The position numbers and the translations under genes are program-made. DNA of 64,000 nt from a virus: positions 1-64,000 of IMG/VR virus record IMGVR_UViG_3300025141_000062, one strand, 5' to 3'. A model generated the notes under the pieces. The model ran no database searches. It was given only the letters and a program-made list of their open reading frames with translations, and was not told where the DNA came from. The first letter of the stretch is position 1, and the number at the start of each line of letters is the position of its first letter. Shown here piece by piece: positions 10,175 through 19,460 of the stretch.

Positions 10175-12271
10175 ATGACACATGGAATCAGCAGCGATGA
10201 ATCTGACATTCAGTCACTTATTGAATCATCGTATTCATCTCTTCCATCAAAGGGATTAAATGTATGTGATCTTGATATCCCAGCTGATGTAGTGACGTCA
10301 TTTCAGTATAATTACTTTACAAAAGATGAGACAACTTCAAGAGATCAAACATTTAAGGGCGAGTCTATATCTTCATTCTCTACTGTAAGCGAAGACGCAA
10401 CACAGGAGGAGATTTTAGTTGCAAAATCTCAATACGATGTTCCAAGATTTAATAAAATATCATGGTCAGAAGCTATTTTAGCCTCTAGAAACTCACTTAT
10501 GTCAGAAGCAGGTGTTACAACTGAAGAAATGGGAACTCCAGATGTTTCAGTTTCTGATAATATTTCAAATGTCATATACGAAGAAGCGCTAACTTCATAT
10601 CAGTATACCGGAATTACAATGCAAGATCAGCAAGGCCTAACATGCTTAGAGGAAATTGCAAAAATAGCAATAGACACATCAGAGCTTCCTATTGAGTTTT
10701 CAACACCTGAGACATCTTCTCCCTCTTCTGACTCAAACTTAGATGTAATTAATGCATATCTAGAAGCTGTGAGCGATGGATCATCTATGGACGGTACGGC
10801 AAAGGAGATGCTGAGATCAGCAATGTCAAACTATCAAAGTTCAGGAGATTTTGGATTTGTAAGCAGAAGAGATGAGGAGCTTGAATATTTATCACAAAAT
10901 CTTGCATCTCACGGATCTGCAGTTGACATTGGAATGTCAATAAGCAATGTGCTTGCAGATAGATGTGCAGACTCTTTGATTTCAAACGGAGGAAGCCTAT
11001 ATTATGAAGAGGCATCGAATTCAAAATCAGTTCTTGATCAAATTGCTAATTCTGCAATATCACTAGAGGTTGCTGGAAGAATATCAGAGGATGATTATGA
11101 TATTTCTGGAACTCCTGTGGTAGTTGATACAATTCAAAGTGACACAGGAATGAATAATTCTGATAGTAGCTCTACTTTATTTTCTCACACTTCTGATATT
11201 GTTGGATATATAGTTGAAAAATTAGAATTTGATACTTCTGGAAATATATTATCATTTAATCCGATAGCAGTTGATGGAAAGTCAACAACAAATATTCTTG
11301 ATGTAAATGTTCTATACGGAGCATCTTACAAATATAGAGTAAGATCTGTAGCGTATATTGAATTTGACGCTATAAACGTGTTTCCAGGAAATGAAGCAGA
11401 AAATACAACTGTCAAATCAGGATTTTTATTTGCCTCAAGAGCATCACAGTGGTCAGAAGTAAACTGTATTGAAACTGTTCCACCAAGACCGCCAGTAGAT
11501 ATCGGCTTTATATACGATGGAAGTAACTCTTCTTTAAACATTAACTGGACACTTCCCATAAACAAGCAAAGAGACATAAAGCAAATTAATATATTTAAAA
11601 GATCTTCAACTCTAGAGCCTTTTGGATTAATTAAGTGTTATTATTTTAATGACTCTACGACTCTTACTGCTACTGATGAAATAGCTGATCCTGACTCTTT
11701 AATTCTCGATGATAAAAGCACTCTCGATGGAGCGTTAATTCAAGTTGTTGACGGTTCACCAGGGCTTTTTCATGATTATGATTTTGGCATTGACAGTTCA
11801 TCAATTTACGCACTAACCTCAGTAGATGCAAGAGGCTTAACATCAAACTACTCCCAGCAATTTAGAGTGACATATAATAAATTCAACGCTCAGATTCAAG
11901 TAGAGCTAGTGTCTAGATCATATGCCCCAATACCATATCCAAACTATTTTATATCACAAGATACCTTTATTGATACAATGAAGATTTCTAATTTTGAAAA
12001 AATGACAGTATATTTTGATCCAGAATATCTAACTGTCAATGAGGCAATTTATGATGATGATGGAAATATTTCAGAAGATGCAGACGTAAATCTTATATCA
12101 ACTCATCAAGATAATCCATCATATAAAATATCTATGATAAATCTTGATAATCAGAAATCAAAAAATATAGATATTTATGTTAGAGACATAAGAGATGCAA
12201 CTTTGCAATCTGATGAAGGGGAGGAGTATTCTGTGAAAACAAGAATAGCATCTCTCTTTAGTGATATTTAA
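10175..12271 (+). CDS. acidic hypothetical protein with FN3-like domain(s), putative virion protein
   Basis: Motifs DVNVLYGASYKYRVRSV, PPRPPVD...LNINW, YALTSVDARGLTSNYS. Confidence 0.55.
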   Translation: MTHGISSDESDIQSLIESSYSSLPSKGLNVCDLDIPADVVTSFQYNYFTKDETTSRDQTFKGESISSFSTVSEDATQEEILVAKSQYDVPRFNKISWSEAILASRNSLMSEAGVTTEEMGTPDVSVSDNISNVIYEEALTSYQYTGITMQDQQGLTCLEEIAKIAIDTSELPIEFSTPETSSPSSDSNLDVINAYLEAVSDGSSMDGTAKEMLRSAMSNYQSSGDFGFVSRRDEELEYLSQNLASHGSAVDIGMSISNVLADRCADSLISNGGSLYYEEASNSKSVLDQIANSAISLEVAGRISEDDYDISGTPVVVDTIQSDTGMNNSDSSSTLFSHTSDIVGYIVEKLEFDTSGNILSFNPIAVDGKSTTNILDVNVLYGASYKYRVRSVAYIEFDAINVFPGNEAENTTVKSGFLFASRASQWSEVNCIETVPPRPPVDIGFIYDGSNSSLNINWTLPINKQRDIKQINIFKRSSTLEPFGLIKCYYFNDSTTLTATDEIADPDSLILDDKSTLDGALIQVVDGSPGLFHDYDFGIDSSSIYALTSVDARGLTSNYSQQFRVTYNKFNAQIQVELVSRSYAPIPYPNYFISQDTFIDTMKISNFEKMTVYFDPEYLTVNEAIYDDDGNISEDADVNLISTHQDNPSYKISMINLDNQKSKNIDIYVRDIRDATLQSDEGEEYSVKTRIASLFSDI

Positions 12272-12369
12272 GACATTTTGGTAGAGAAGTGGCTTAAATT
12301 TCAATCTTTAGAAATTATTTTACTGGCCTACTTGGCCAAATGTATATTTACAATCAGGAGTGAAAATAA

Positions 12370-13074
12370 ATGGGTTTTCTAGATCATAGCACAAATAATA
12401 TTATACTAGACGCTGTCCTTACAGACAAGGGAAGAGAGCTTCTTGCTAGAAATGATGGATCATTTCAAATAGTAAAGTACGCTCTTTCTGACGATGAAGT
12501 AGACTACACTATTGTAAAAAAGTTTGGAAGAACAGTAGGAAAAGAAAAAATTGAGAAAAATACTCCAGTCCTAGAGGCTCTGACAACATCTCAAGTTGCA
12601 CAAAAATATAAGCTAAGAAGTGTATCAGTACCAAATCTGGTAAGACTACCATCACTTGGACTAGACGGTGTAACTTCTGATACAATTAGCCTGGATATTG
12701 TCACAACTAGAAATAGTGATGTAACAGTTAAGCAGACAATAGGTGCCAGTGAAGTTATTCCAAATGAGCTAGTTGATCAGGTATATAGGATAACAGTAAA
12801 TAACCTATTTCTTCAACTATCAGGACAACGACCAGTTTCAATAAATTCAGATAGCATAGCGACATATCTTGTTACAAGAGGTTCAACTTTGGATACCGTA
12901 ACTGGAGGTTCAAAAGTAGTTCTTGGTGTAACTGTTAAGTCATCTCTTACTACTACAATGTTTGACACGTACGGAACAGCTAGTGACAAAACTGTAATAA
13001 ATTCTTATATTACAGTTACCGGACAGCAGTCAGGATCAGTCAAAGACTTTCTGGTTTCAATAAGCAAGACTTAA
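12370..13074 (+). CDS. putative virion structural (baseplate-associated) protein
   Basis: AGGAG SD, ATATTTA motif upstream, N-terminus paralogous to 1407..2378. Confidence 0.55.
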   Translation: MGFLDHSTNNIILDAVLTDKGRELLARNDGSFQIVKYALSDDEVDYTIVKKFGRTVGKEKIEKNTPVLEALTTSQVAQKYKLRSVSVPNLVRLPSLGLDGVTSDTISLDIVTTRNSDVTVKQTIGASEVIPNELVDQVYRITVNNLFLQLSGQRPVSINSDSIATYLVTRGSTLDTVTGGSKVVLGVTVKSSLTTTMFDTYGTASDKTVINSYITVTGQQSGSVKDFLVSISKT

Positions 13075-13097
13075 TAGTATAATTAAAGGCAATAAGC

Positions 13098-14381
13098 ATG
13101 GCAACATATAAAGAAATCTCTTCTGCTGACATTAAGACAAGCAGATCAGTTTTAAATCAGCTAGTTGATATAATTCAAGAAGATATCTCAGGCTCAACAA
13201 CTAGAAAAAAATATCAAGTATTCGTAACGGGTGGTGTAGGTCCTGGTGTGACTTCTTCACTGTTTCAGACAGTCTATGATCAAGACTATACGCTTCAGAC
13301 GGCAAATCCTATCTTTGATATGACACTTGGGATATATTCTGGAAGCGGAATAGTTTCTGCTTCATCTACAGGTCAAGATAGTGCTGGCAAGCTATTGTTT
13401 CCATCATCTTCTCTCATGATGAGAGAGAAGGTGAACGTATATAGACAATTTGCACAGCTTCTATTGGGAAATGCAACACATCAGTTCTCAACACCCTTTT
13501 CAACATCTCAGCCGGCAGCAGATGATGATAAAATAGATGCAGCATTATTTCTAACTTTTAAGCGACTGTTTTCAAGAGACAAGATCAAGAGAGAGACATT
13601 TGCAATGAAGTTCTACCAGTCTGCATCAAGAGCACCAGGTGCAGGTGGTGGATTTAACCCTACACACATTAATAATGGTGTAACTTGGGGGCCTAATATA
13701 AACCTTGGAACTGTGTCTGGATCTGCAATCTATACAGATGTAGGATCTTCAACAGCAAAAGAAACATCTGTCGGAGGTGAGGTTGGAAATATTGTCGACT
13801 CATCAAACACAAGTAGAAATGTAGGGCTCCTATTCTATGATATGGGAATAGCAGTTCTTGATGTGGAGAGCGTAATATCTGGATCACAGCATGTAAGCGG
13901 AACAGTATCGGCAATGAATAGCGCATCAGGAAACGGTTATGCTGCAGGTCAGATTGTTATAGGAGATGTAAGAAAAAGCGGAAGAGGAACAGGGACACAC
14001 AAAGCAAAATTTGTTCCAGATTTTATAGTATCTGGATCAATGGATGACGTCTTAGATCACTTTGCATCTGTAAGATTCCAATCAGGATCACTTACGGCAA
14101 TGACTTTTCAGAATGTTACAAATATTAATTCAACACTTGTATTTTGCAGAGCTACATCTGATGAGTTTAATTACTCATCAAATCCAACTTTTACTGACGA
14201 TACAGGAAGAATAAACTGCATAGACAGCGGAGAGGAAACTACTCAACGTACATTCTCATTTCCAACTACGATTGGACTATATGATGGAAGAAATCAACTA
14301 CTTGCTGTTGCAAAGCTTAGCAGGCCAGTAGAGAAGAATGACGAGAAGGATCTTACATTTAGAATTAGACTTGACTTCTAG
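13098..14381 (+). CDS. putative baseplate/tail-fibre attachment protein
   Basis: C-terminus TTIGLYDGRNQLLAVAKLSRPVEK...FRIRLDF resembles tail-collar/fibre attachment domains (DUF3751-like). SGS-rich. Confidence 0.55.
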   Translation: MATYKEISSADIKTSRSVLNQLVDIIQEDISGSTTRKKYQVFVTGGVGPGVTSSLFQTVYDQDYTLQTANPIFDMTLGIYSGSGIVSASSTGQDSAGKLLFPSSSLMMREKVNVYRQFAQLLLGNATHQFSTPFSTSQPAADDDKIDAALFLTFKRLFSRDKIKRETFAMKFYQSASRAPGAGGGFNPTHINNGVTWGPNINLGTVSGSAIYTDVGSSTAKETSVGGEVGNIVDSSNTSRNVGLLFYDMGIAVLDVESVISGSQHVSGTVSAMNSASGNGYAAGQIVIGDVRKSGRGTGTHKAKFVPDFIVSGSMDDVLDHFASVRFQSGSLTAMTFQNVTNINSTLVFCRATSDEFNYSSNPTFTDDTGRINCIDSGEETTQRTFSFPTTIGLYDGRNQLLAVAKLSRPVEKNDEKDLTFRIRLDF

Positions 14382-14401
14382 ATCTATAGGGAGGTGGGCC
14401 A

Positions 14402-17400
14402 ATGTCTATCATTAAGATTACACCAGACCTGATTGAACTAGTTAGCCTAAAGACTCATCCTAAGGTAAAGTTTGTCTCATCATCAATAGGTGTTGTTAAT
14501 ACAGAGGTAACGTCCAGCTCAGGTATAGTAAGTCACTCTGGAACTCTAGGAGAGGTAAGCCTGCTCCCTAGGACTAATAGAGTGATAAAGTCAACAAGGC
14601 AGTTTGATATCACATCTGCACTATTTAATGAAGACCAGCTAGAGTTAGCTATAAATTTAAAAAATGCTGTAACTTTAACAGAAGCAGGTGAGACAGATAT
14701 ACAGTCGTATATGGGACATGCTACGCCCTGGCCACACTCTTCAACTGAAGGCTCTATTGACGGTGCCCCTGCATCAGAAGCATACGATCAAGGGTATATG
14801 AGAGCAGTCAATCAGGCAAAAAAGAGCTCAAAACAGCTAAAGACATTCCAGATATCAAGATTTAGACCGTCATTTCTTTTTGAAGATGAAGGATTTACTA
14901 ATCATGAACTACTTACTGCATCACTACCTGCAAAGACAAAAGGTGTAAAGAGCCATATAGAGAATGTGCTTTTAAAGAAATATAAGTCTCACTACACTAA
15001 TCCAAATTATTCATATACAAACTATCATTCATTAAATTTCTTTACATCGTCTCATACAAATACGCTTCACGGCCATAGCGTCGTATCAAGTTCTGTTCTA
15101 ATATATCCATGTATGACATCATCAAATAGAACTGATCAAGGACCGCATCTCACAGGGACAACAAGGTTTACTGGAAGATACTGTCCAGAAGGTGCATTTA
15201 CATTTGACTTTTATATAAACCCAAGATATTCAAATGATGGTCCAGTGGGACAGGGCGCTGGCGACTCAAATAATTCATTTAATGCAGGCACAATATTCCA
15301 TATGAGCTCTACATTTGCTGTATCGCTTATTTCAGGATCTAGTGTAGATGAGTTTGGTAAGTGTGACGGATATAGGCTCCTACTCCAGCTTTCTCACAGT
15401 GCAGGCTACCCTCCTTCAAGATTTACAATAACTGCATCTAGCAATAATCCTGTATATAATGGAAATCTTGCAAGATATAAGGATAGAGACTTTAGATATG
15501 CGTTTCTATCACCAGATAACTCTCTTCAAAGAAACAAGTGGCATCATGTTGCAATTAGGTGGGGTACCAAAAATATAAATGATGGAACGGGATCGTTTTT
15601 TATAGATGGAAATGAAGTCTCACGCTTTTGCATACCTGAGACAAGCATAGCACAAACTGTATTTACACTAACTGATGATCACGCCGAAGACAATAGGGTT
15701 AACAGCTATTTAAGGGCTGCAGGAAAGATAGACGCTGATTCTAATCAACCCATATCAGATCCAGATGCATTATTTATAGGAAACTTTTATGAAGGAAAAA
15801 ATACAACTGGATCTAATGCAACTTCAATTAATAGATTTTTCAACTGGAAGGCACAAAATCTAGAGGGATTCTCACAGGGTCAAAATTCTGGACAGCAAAA
15901 AGGTCTCCATATTGAAGATGGTGATCCAAAGTCTTATGCCTTTAATCATCCACTAAATGCCGAGGTTCATGATCTTAAAATTTACGCATCATACAGGACG
16001 TCAGATCAAATACTAACAAGCTCTCGTCATGGACCTGAGAACTCTGATGATCTTTTATTTTATCTTCCGCCATTTTTTGTTAAAGAGGGCTTTGATAGAA
16101 GATTTTTTGGGACAGCAGTCCAGACAATTAAAAAGCATCAAGTTGCTCACGATCAGGCAAACGATTCATTTTTTGACACATATCTCTCAAGACCGTTTAA
16201 TGCAGGTCTTTCTATGACAGTTGACTCAACACTGATAAATCTTGAGAACTTTTGCAGAGACCTTGTTCAAGGTGTGTATCCGAGACTTTTATTCCTAACA
16301 GCTTCTGCAATATCTGATGTTGAGATGCAAACACAATATGACAATAAAGAGAAACCTTGGCGATTTCCAAATGGAAGCGTGTCTGCACCACAAAGAAGAG
16401 TTTCAGATCTTCTATTCTCAACTGCATCACTAGCAAAGAGATGCCTAACTATTCTTCCATGTGATAACGGTAAATTCCTTCCAAACTATTCACTAATTCT
16501 ATCTGGTGCAAACGATTCCAAGCCAACATCTGGCTCAGAGATGTCTCTATTTGTTGATGACTACGGTCACAGTGATATATCAAGCATAAGTCTTAAAAAT
16601 TTATTTACTCAGACACCAACCGCTATGACACTTATTCCAGATGGTGGCAGCTCTGTTGACACAATAGTTGATACTTTAAACTACTATACTGGAACAGGTG
16701 TTTCTGGACTATATGATAGCTGGAGAGGCTCATCAAGCGGCTTTGGCGACGGAGACATGTCAGATGAAAATACCGGCCCACTTGCAAGCCCAGATAGGCC
16801 AAACGGTGCAATCTGCTTTGAGTCCACTAGCTCAATACCAAGATTTATGGTGTATCAGGCAACACAGGACTCATCTAGCAATGAGGTTGTGATATTTAAT
16901 ATTCCAAATTTATTCTATGGAAATAGAATTTCTCCAGGAACATTTAAACTGTCTGACAAAAATCTTTCTGGATCTAGAGGCAAGGTGTCAATGACACTAA
17001 AAGATGATGGATTTGGAACACTGTACAGGGCTGATTCAATAACTGAAAATGCTAAGTTTAACTGTGTTGGAAATATATTTTATGAAGAGGGACTTGTTTT
17101 AATAAAGTCTCCTCACCTTGTTCACTTTGGAAAGAGAGAATTTGAGATGGAGTTTAAAGGGGACCAGAATATTCATGTAATGTCTGTCAATGTTCCCTGT
17201 GAGCCAGGTCTTGTAAACAGCTCGTCTAATCCAGCGTTTAAGTCGCTATCTGCATCATTTGATGCAAATGACTATAATAACGAATTCGTCTATATCACGT
17301 CAGTATATCTTCATGATGATAACTTTAACGTCATTATGAAGGCCAATCTTGCACAACCAGTTGTCAAGAGAGAGTCAGACGAATTTTTATTTAGAATAAA

Positions 17401-17413
17401 GATGGATTTTTAA
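14402..17413 (+). CDS. LamG/concanavalin-A-like domain virion protein with a C-terminal fibre-attachment domain
   Basis: LamG-type motifs FTFDFYINP, NKWHHVAIRW, FFIDGNEV, LFIGN, VHDLKIY. C-terminus paralogous to 13098..14381. Confidence 0.65.
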   Translation: MSIIKITPDLIELVSLKTHPKVKFVSSSIGVVNTEVTSSSGIVSHSGTLGEVSLLPRTNRVIKSTRQFDITSALFNEDQLELAINLKNAVTLTEAGETDIQSYMGHATPWPHSSTEGSIDGAPASEAYDQGYMRAVNQAKKSSKQLKTFQISRFRPSFLFEDEGFTNHELLTASLPAKTKGVKSHIENVLLKKYKSHYTNPNYSYTNYHSLNFFTSSHTNTLHGHSVVSSSVLIYPCMTSSNRTDQGPHLTGTTRFTGRYCPEGAFTFDFYINPRYSNDGPVGQGAGDSNNSFNAGTIFHMSSTFAVSLISGSSVDEFGKCDGYRLLLQLSHSAGYPPSRFTITASSNNPVYNGNLARYKDRDFRYAFLSPDNSLQRNKWHHVAIRWGTKNINDGTGSFFIDGNEVSRFCIPETSIAQTVFTLTDDHAEDNRVNSYLRAAGKIDADSNQPISDPDALFIGNFYEGKNTTGSNATSINRFFNWKAQNLEGFSQGQNSGQQKGLHIEDGDPKSYAFNHPLNAEVHDLKIYASYRTSDQILTSSRHGPENSDDLLFYLPPFFVKEGFDRRFFGTAVQTIKKHQVAHDQANDSFFDTYLSRPFNAGLSMTVDSTLINLENFCRDLVQGVYPRLLFLTASAISDVEMQTQYDNKEKPWRFPNGSVSAPQRRVSDLLFSTASLAKRCLTILPCDNGKFLPNYSLILSGANDSKPTSGSEMSLFVDDYGHSDISSISLKNLFTQTPTAMTLIPDGGSSVDTIVDTLNYYTGTGVSGLYDSWRGSSSGFGDGDMSDENTGPLASPDRPNGAICFESTSSIPRFMVYQATQDSSSNEVVIFNIPNLFYGNRISPGTFKLSDKNLSGSRGKVSMTLKDDGFGTLYRADSITENAKFNCVGNIFYEEGLVLIKSPHLVHFGKREFEMEFKGDQNIHVMSVNVPCEPGLVNSSSNPAFKSLSASFDANDYNNEFVYITSVYLHDDNFNVIMKANLAQPVVKRESDEFLFRIKMDF

Positions 17414-17955
17414 TGATATTGGGACTGGATATATCTACAAGCTGTACTGGGTGGTGTATTTTAAATTCATCTGGTGAGCTTGTTAAGATGGGATACATTC
17501 CTCTTGCAAAGATAAAGTCTATGTTTAAAAAAGCACAGACTGTGAGGCACATGCTTTCTTCGCTAAATGTTGACTATGACATAGAGAGAATCTACATAGA
17601 GGAGAATCTTCAGGCATTTCGCCCTGGGCTGTCATCAGCAAAGACCCTGTTGTCACTTGCAAGATTTAATGGAATTATAAGCTACATTGCCCAGGAAGAA
17701 TTCTTTATATCGCCGGAGTTTATCAATGTCAACGCAGCTAGAAAGAAACTGTCAATTAAGATAAAGAGAAAGAAGAATGGCGGTAAACCTACAAAGGAGC
17801 AAGTTCTAGACTGGGTGACATCTCAGATAGCCTCCTATACTTGGCCAAAAAAACAGCTAAAATCTGGCCCTAGAAAGGGTAAGCTTATCTTAGAGCCGGG
17901 ATGCTATGACATGGCTGACTCATATGTAATAGCACGCGCAGGTATTTTAAATTGA
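17413..17955 (+). CDS. RuvC-like Holliday junction resolvase
   Basis: RNase H-fold acidic motifs MILGLDISTSCTG, IYIEE, DMADS. Confidence 0.8.
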   Translation: MILGLDISTSCTGWCILNSSGELVKMGYIPLAKIKSMFKKAQTVRHMLSSLNVDYDIERIYIEENLQAFRPGLSSAKTLLSLARFNGIISYIAQEEFFISPEFINVNAARKKLSIKIKRKKNGGKPTKEQVLDWVTSQIASYTWPKKQLKSGPRKGKLILEPGCYDMADSYVIARAGILN

Positions 17956-17987
17956 AAAAATAGCTTATCATAGATTATGATTATTCT

Positions 17988-18959
17988 ATGGTTACATTTA
18001 CACAAAAGCTATCTTTTTTAAAAAAAGTGTTTGGTGATTATGAGCTTGATAGAAAGCAAGAAAATGGAATCTTTAGGTGCCCAAGCTGCGGCACTGGAAC
18101 GAAAAAGAAGAAATTCTATATAAATCTTGAATCCTGGAAATGTCACTGCTGGTCTTGTAACTTAAAGGGAAGAACAGTGCTTCCTGCACTTAGAAAGTAT
18201 GGGACAAGAGAAGATGTTTCTTACTTTACTGAAAAGCTATGTGGGAACAAACGGCAAAATATATCAGAGAGCTCTCAGGAAGAAGTAAATAACAATGTCA
18301 GACTTCCTGACGGATTTTTATTTCTTGGAGATTTTAAAAAATCTCTAGATCCAGACATTAGATCATGTATAAAGTATCTATACTCCAGGGGATTGAGTGA
18401 AAGTGACATTTGGCGATATAGAATTGGCACATCTAGATACGGAAAATTTAGAAGGAGAGTTATATTTCCATCTTTTGACATAGATGGAGATCTTAACTTT
18501 TTTGTATCAAGATCTATTGACTCTAGTGTAAAGCGCAAGTATATTAATTCTAATGTAAATAAAAAGCTAATAGTGTTTAATGATATTGATATTGACTGGT
18601 CTAGAGAAGTCACTCTTGTTGAGGGTCCATTTGATATGATAAAGGCAGGAGATAACTCAACATGCATGCTCGGTTCAAGCCTATCTGATGATTATTTTTT
18701 ATTTTCAAAAATTGTATCAAATAAGTCACCTGTACTTCTTGCACTTGATAGTGATATGAAGAAAAAAGAGCAAGATATAGCAAGGTTGTTAGTTTTATAT
18801 GGCTGTGAAGTGAGAATTCTTGATCTCGGAAGATTTTCAGATGTAGGCGAGATGTCAAAGATTGAGTTCATTGAAAAAAGAAAATATGCAACTAGCTGGT
18901 CACCGAGTCAAAGACTTAAGATGAGAATTGGAGCCCTAAGAAGTGGATCTCTCTTCTAG
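17988..18959 (+). CDS. DNA primase (Zn-binding domain + Toprim)
   Basis: CPSC...CHCWSC Zn finger, YLYSRG, RRRVIFP, KYIN, LVEGPFD, LALDSD. Confidence 0.85.
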   Translation: MVTFTQKLSFLKKVFGDYELDRKQENGIFRCPSCGTGTKKKKFYINLESWKCHCWSCNLKGRTVLPALRKYGTREDVSYFTEKLCGNKRQNISESSQEEVNNNVRLPDGFLFLGDFKKSLDPDIRSCIKYLYSRGLSESDIWRYRIGTSRYGKFRRRVIFPSFDIDGDLNFFVSRSIDSSVKRKYINSNVNKKLIVFNDIDIDWSREVTLVEGPFDMIKAGDNSTCMLGSSLSDDYFLFSKIVSNKSPVLLALDSDMKKKEQDIARLLVLYGCEVRILDLGRFSDVGEMSKIEFIEKRKYATSWSPSQRLKMRIGALRSGSLF

Positions 18960-18994
18960 TTTGTAATAGTTATTGTTATAACTGAGATACGAGT

Positions 18995-19417
18995 ATGAAG
19001 ATAACAAGACTAGAGCTTAGAAATATCATTAGAGAGGTCATTCAAGATATAGATGAGGATGCTCTATTTCCAACAAGAACATTTCTTGGCCTAGAGCCCG
19101 AGAGAGACATTCCAGGGCAGACCCCTCCCCCAGTATGTAAAAAATGTGCAGTTCATCACGATACAGGTGGGTGCAAACATCACGGCGACGAGGGTGGGAG
19201 AAATCTAGGGTATGGAAGTGTAAAGTCAGATGATAGAGAAGGGAGAATGACCAAGGGTCATTTATATAAAATATCAAAGTATTCTCAAAGCCTTCACGAT
19301 CTACTTCAAGATAATGACGATCTCCCAGAATGGGTTCAGAGCAAGATAGCAAGGGCTGCTGATAAAATGGAGGCTGTATATGGCTATCTTGATTATAAAC
19401 TTAGTAAAATGAAATAG
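18995..19417 (+). CDS. hypothetical protein, probable internal head protein
   Basis: N-terminal MKITRLELRNIIREVI helix, ATAGTTA motif upstream, C-terminal DDLPEWVQSKI segment. Confidence 0.5.
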   Translation: MKITRLELRNIIREVIQDIDEDALFPTRTFLGLEPERDIPGQTPPPVCKKCAVHHDTGGCKHHGDEGGRNLGYGSVKSDDREGRMTKGHLYKISKYSQSLHDLLQDNDDLPEWVQSKIARAADKMEAVYGYLDYKLSKMK

Positions 19418-19460
19418 CATCTTGTACACTGGGCTGCATTGTTAGAATAATATAAAACAT

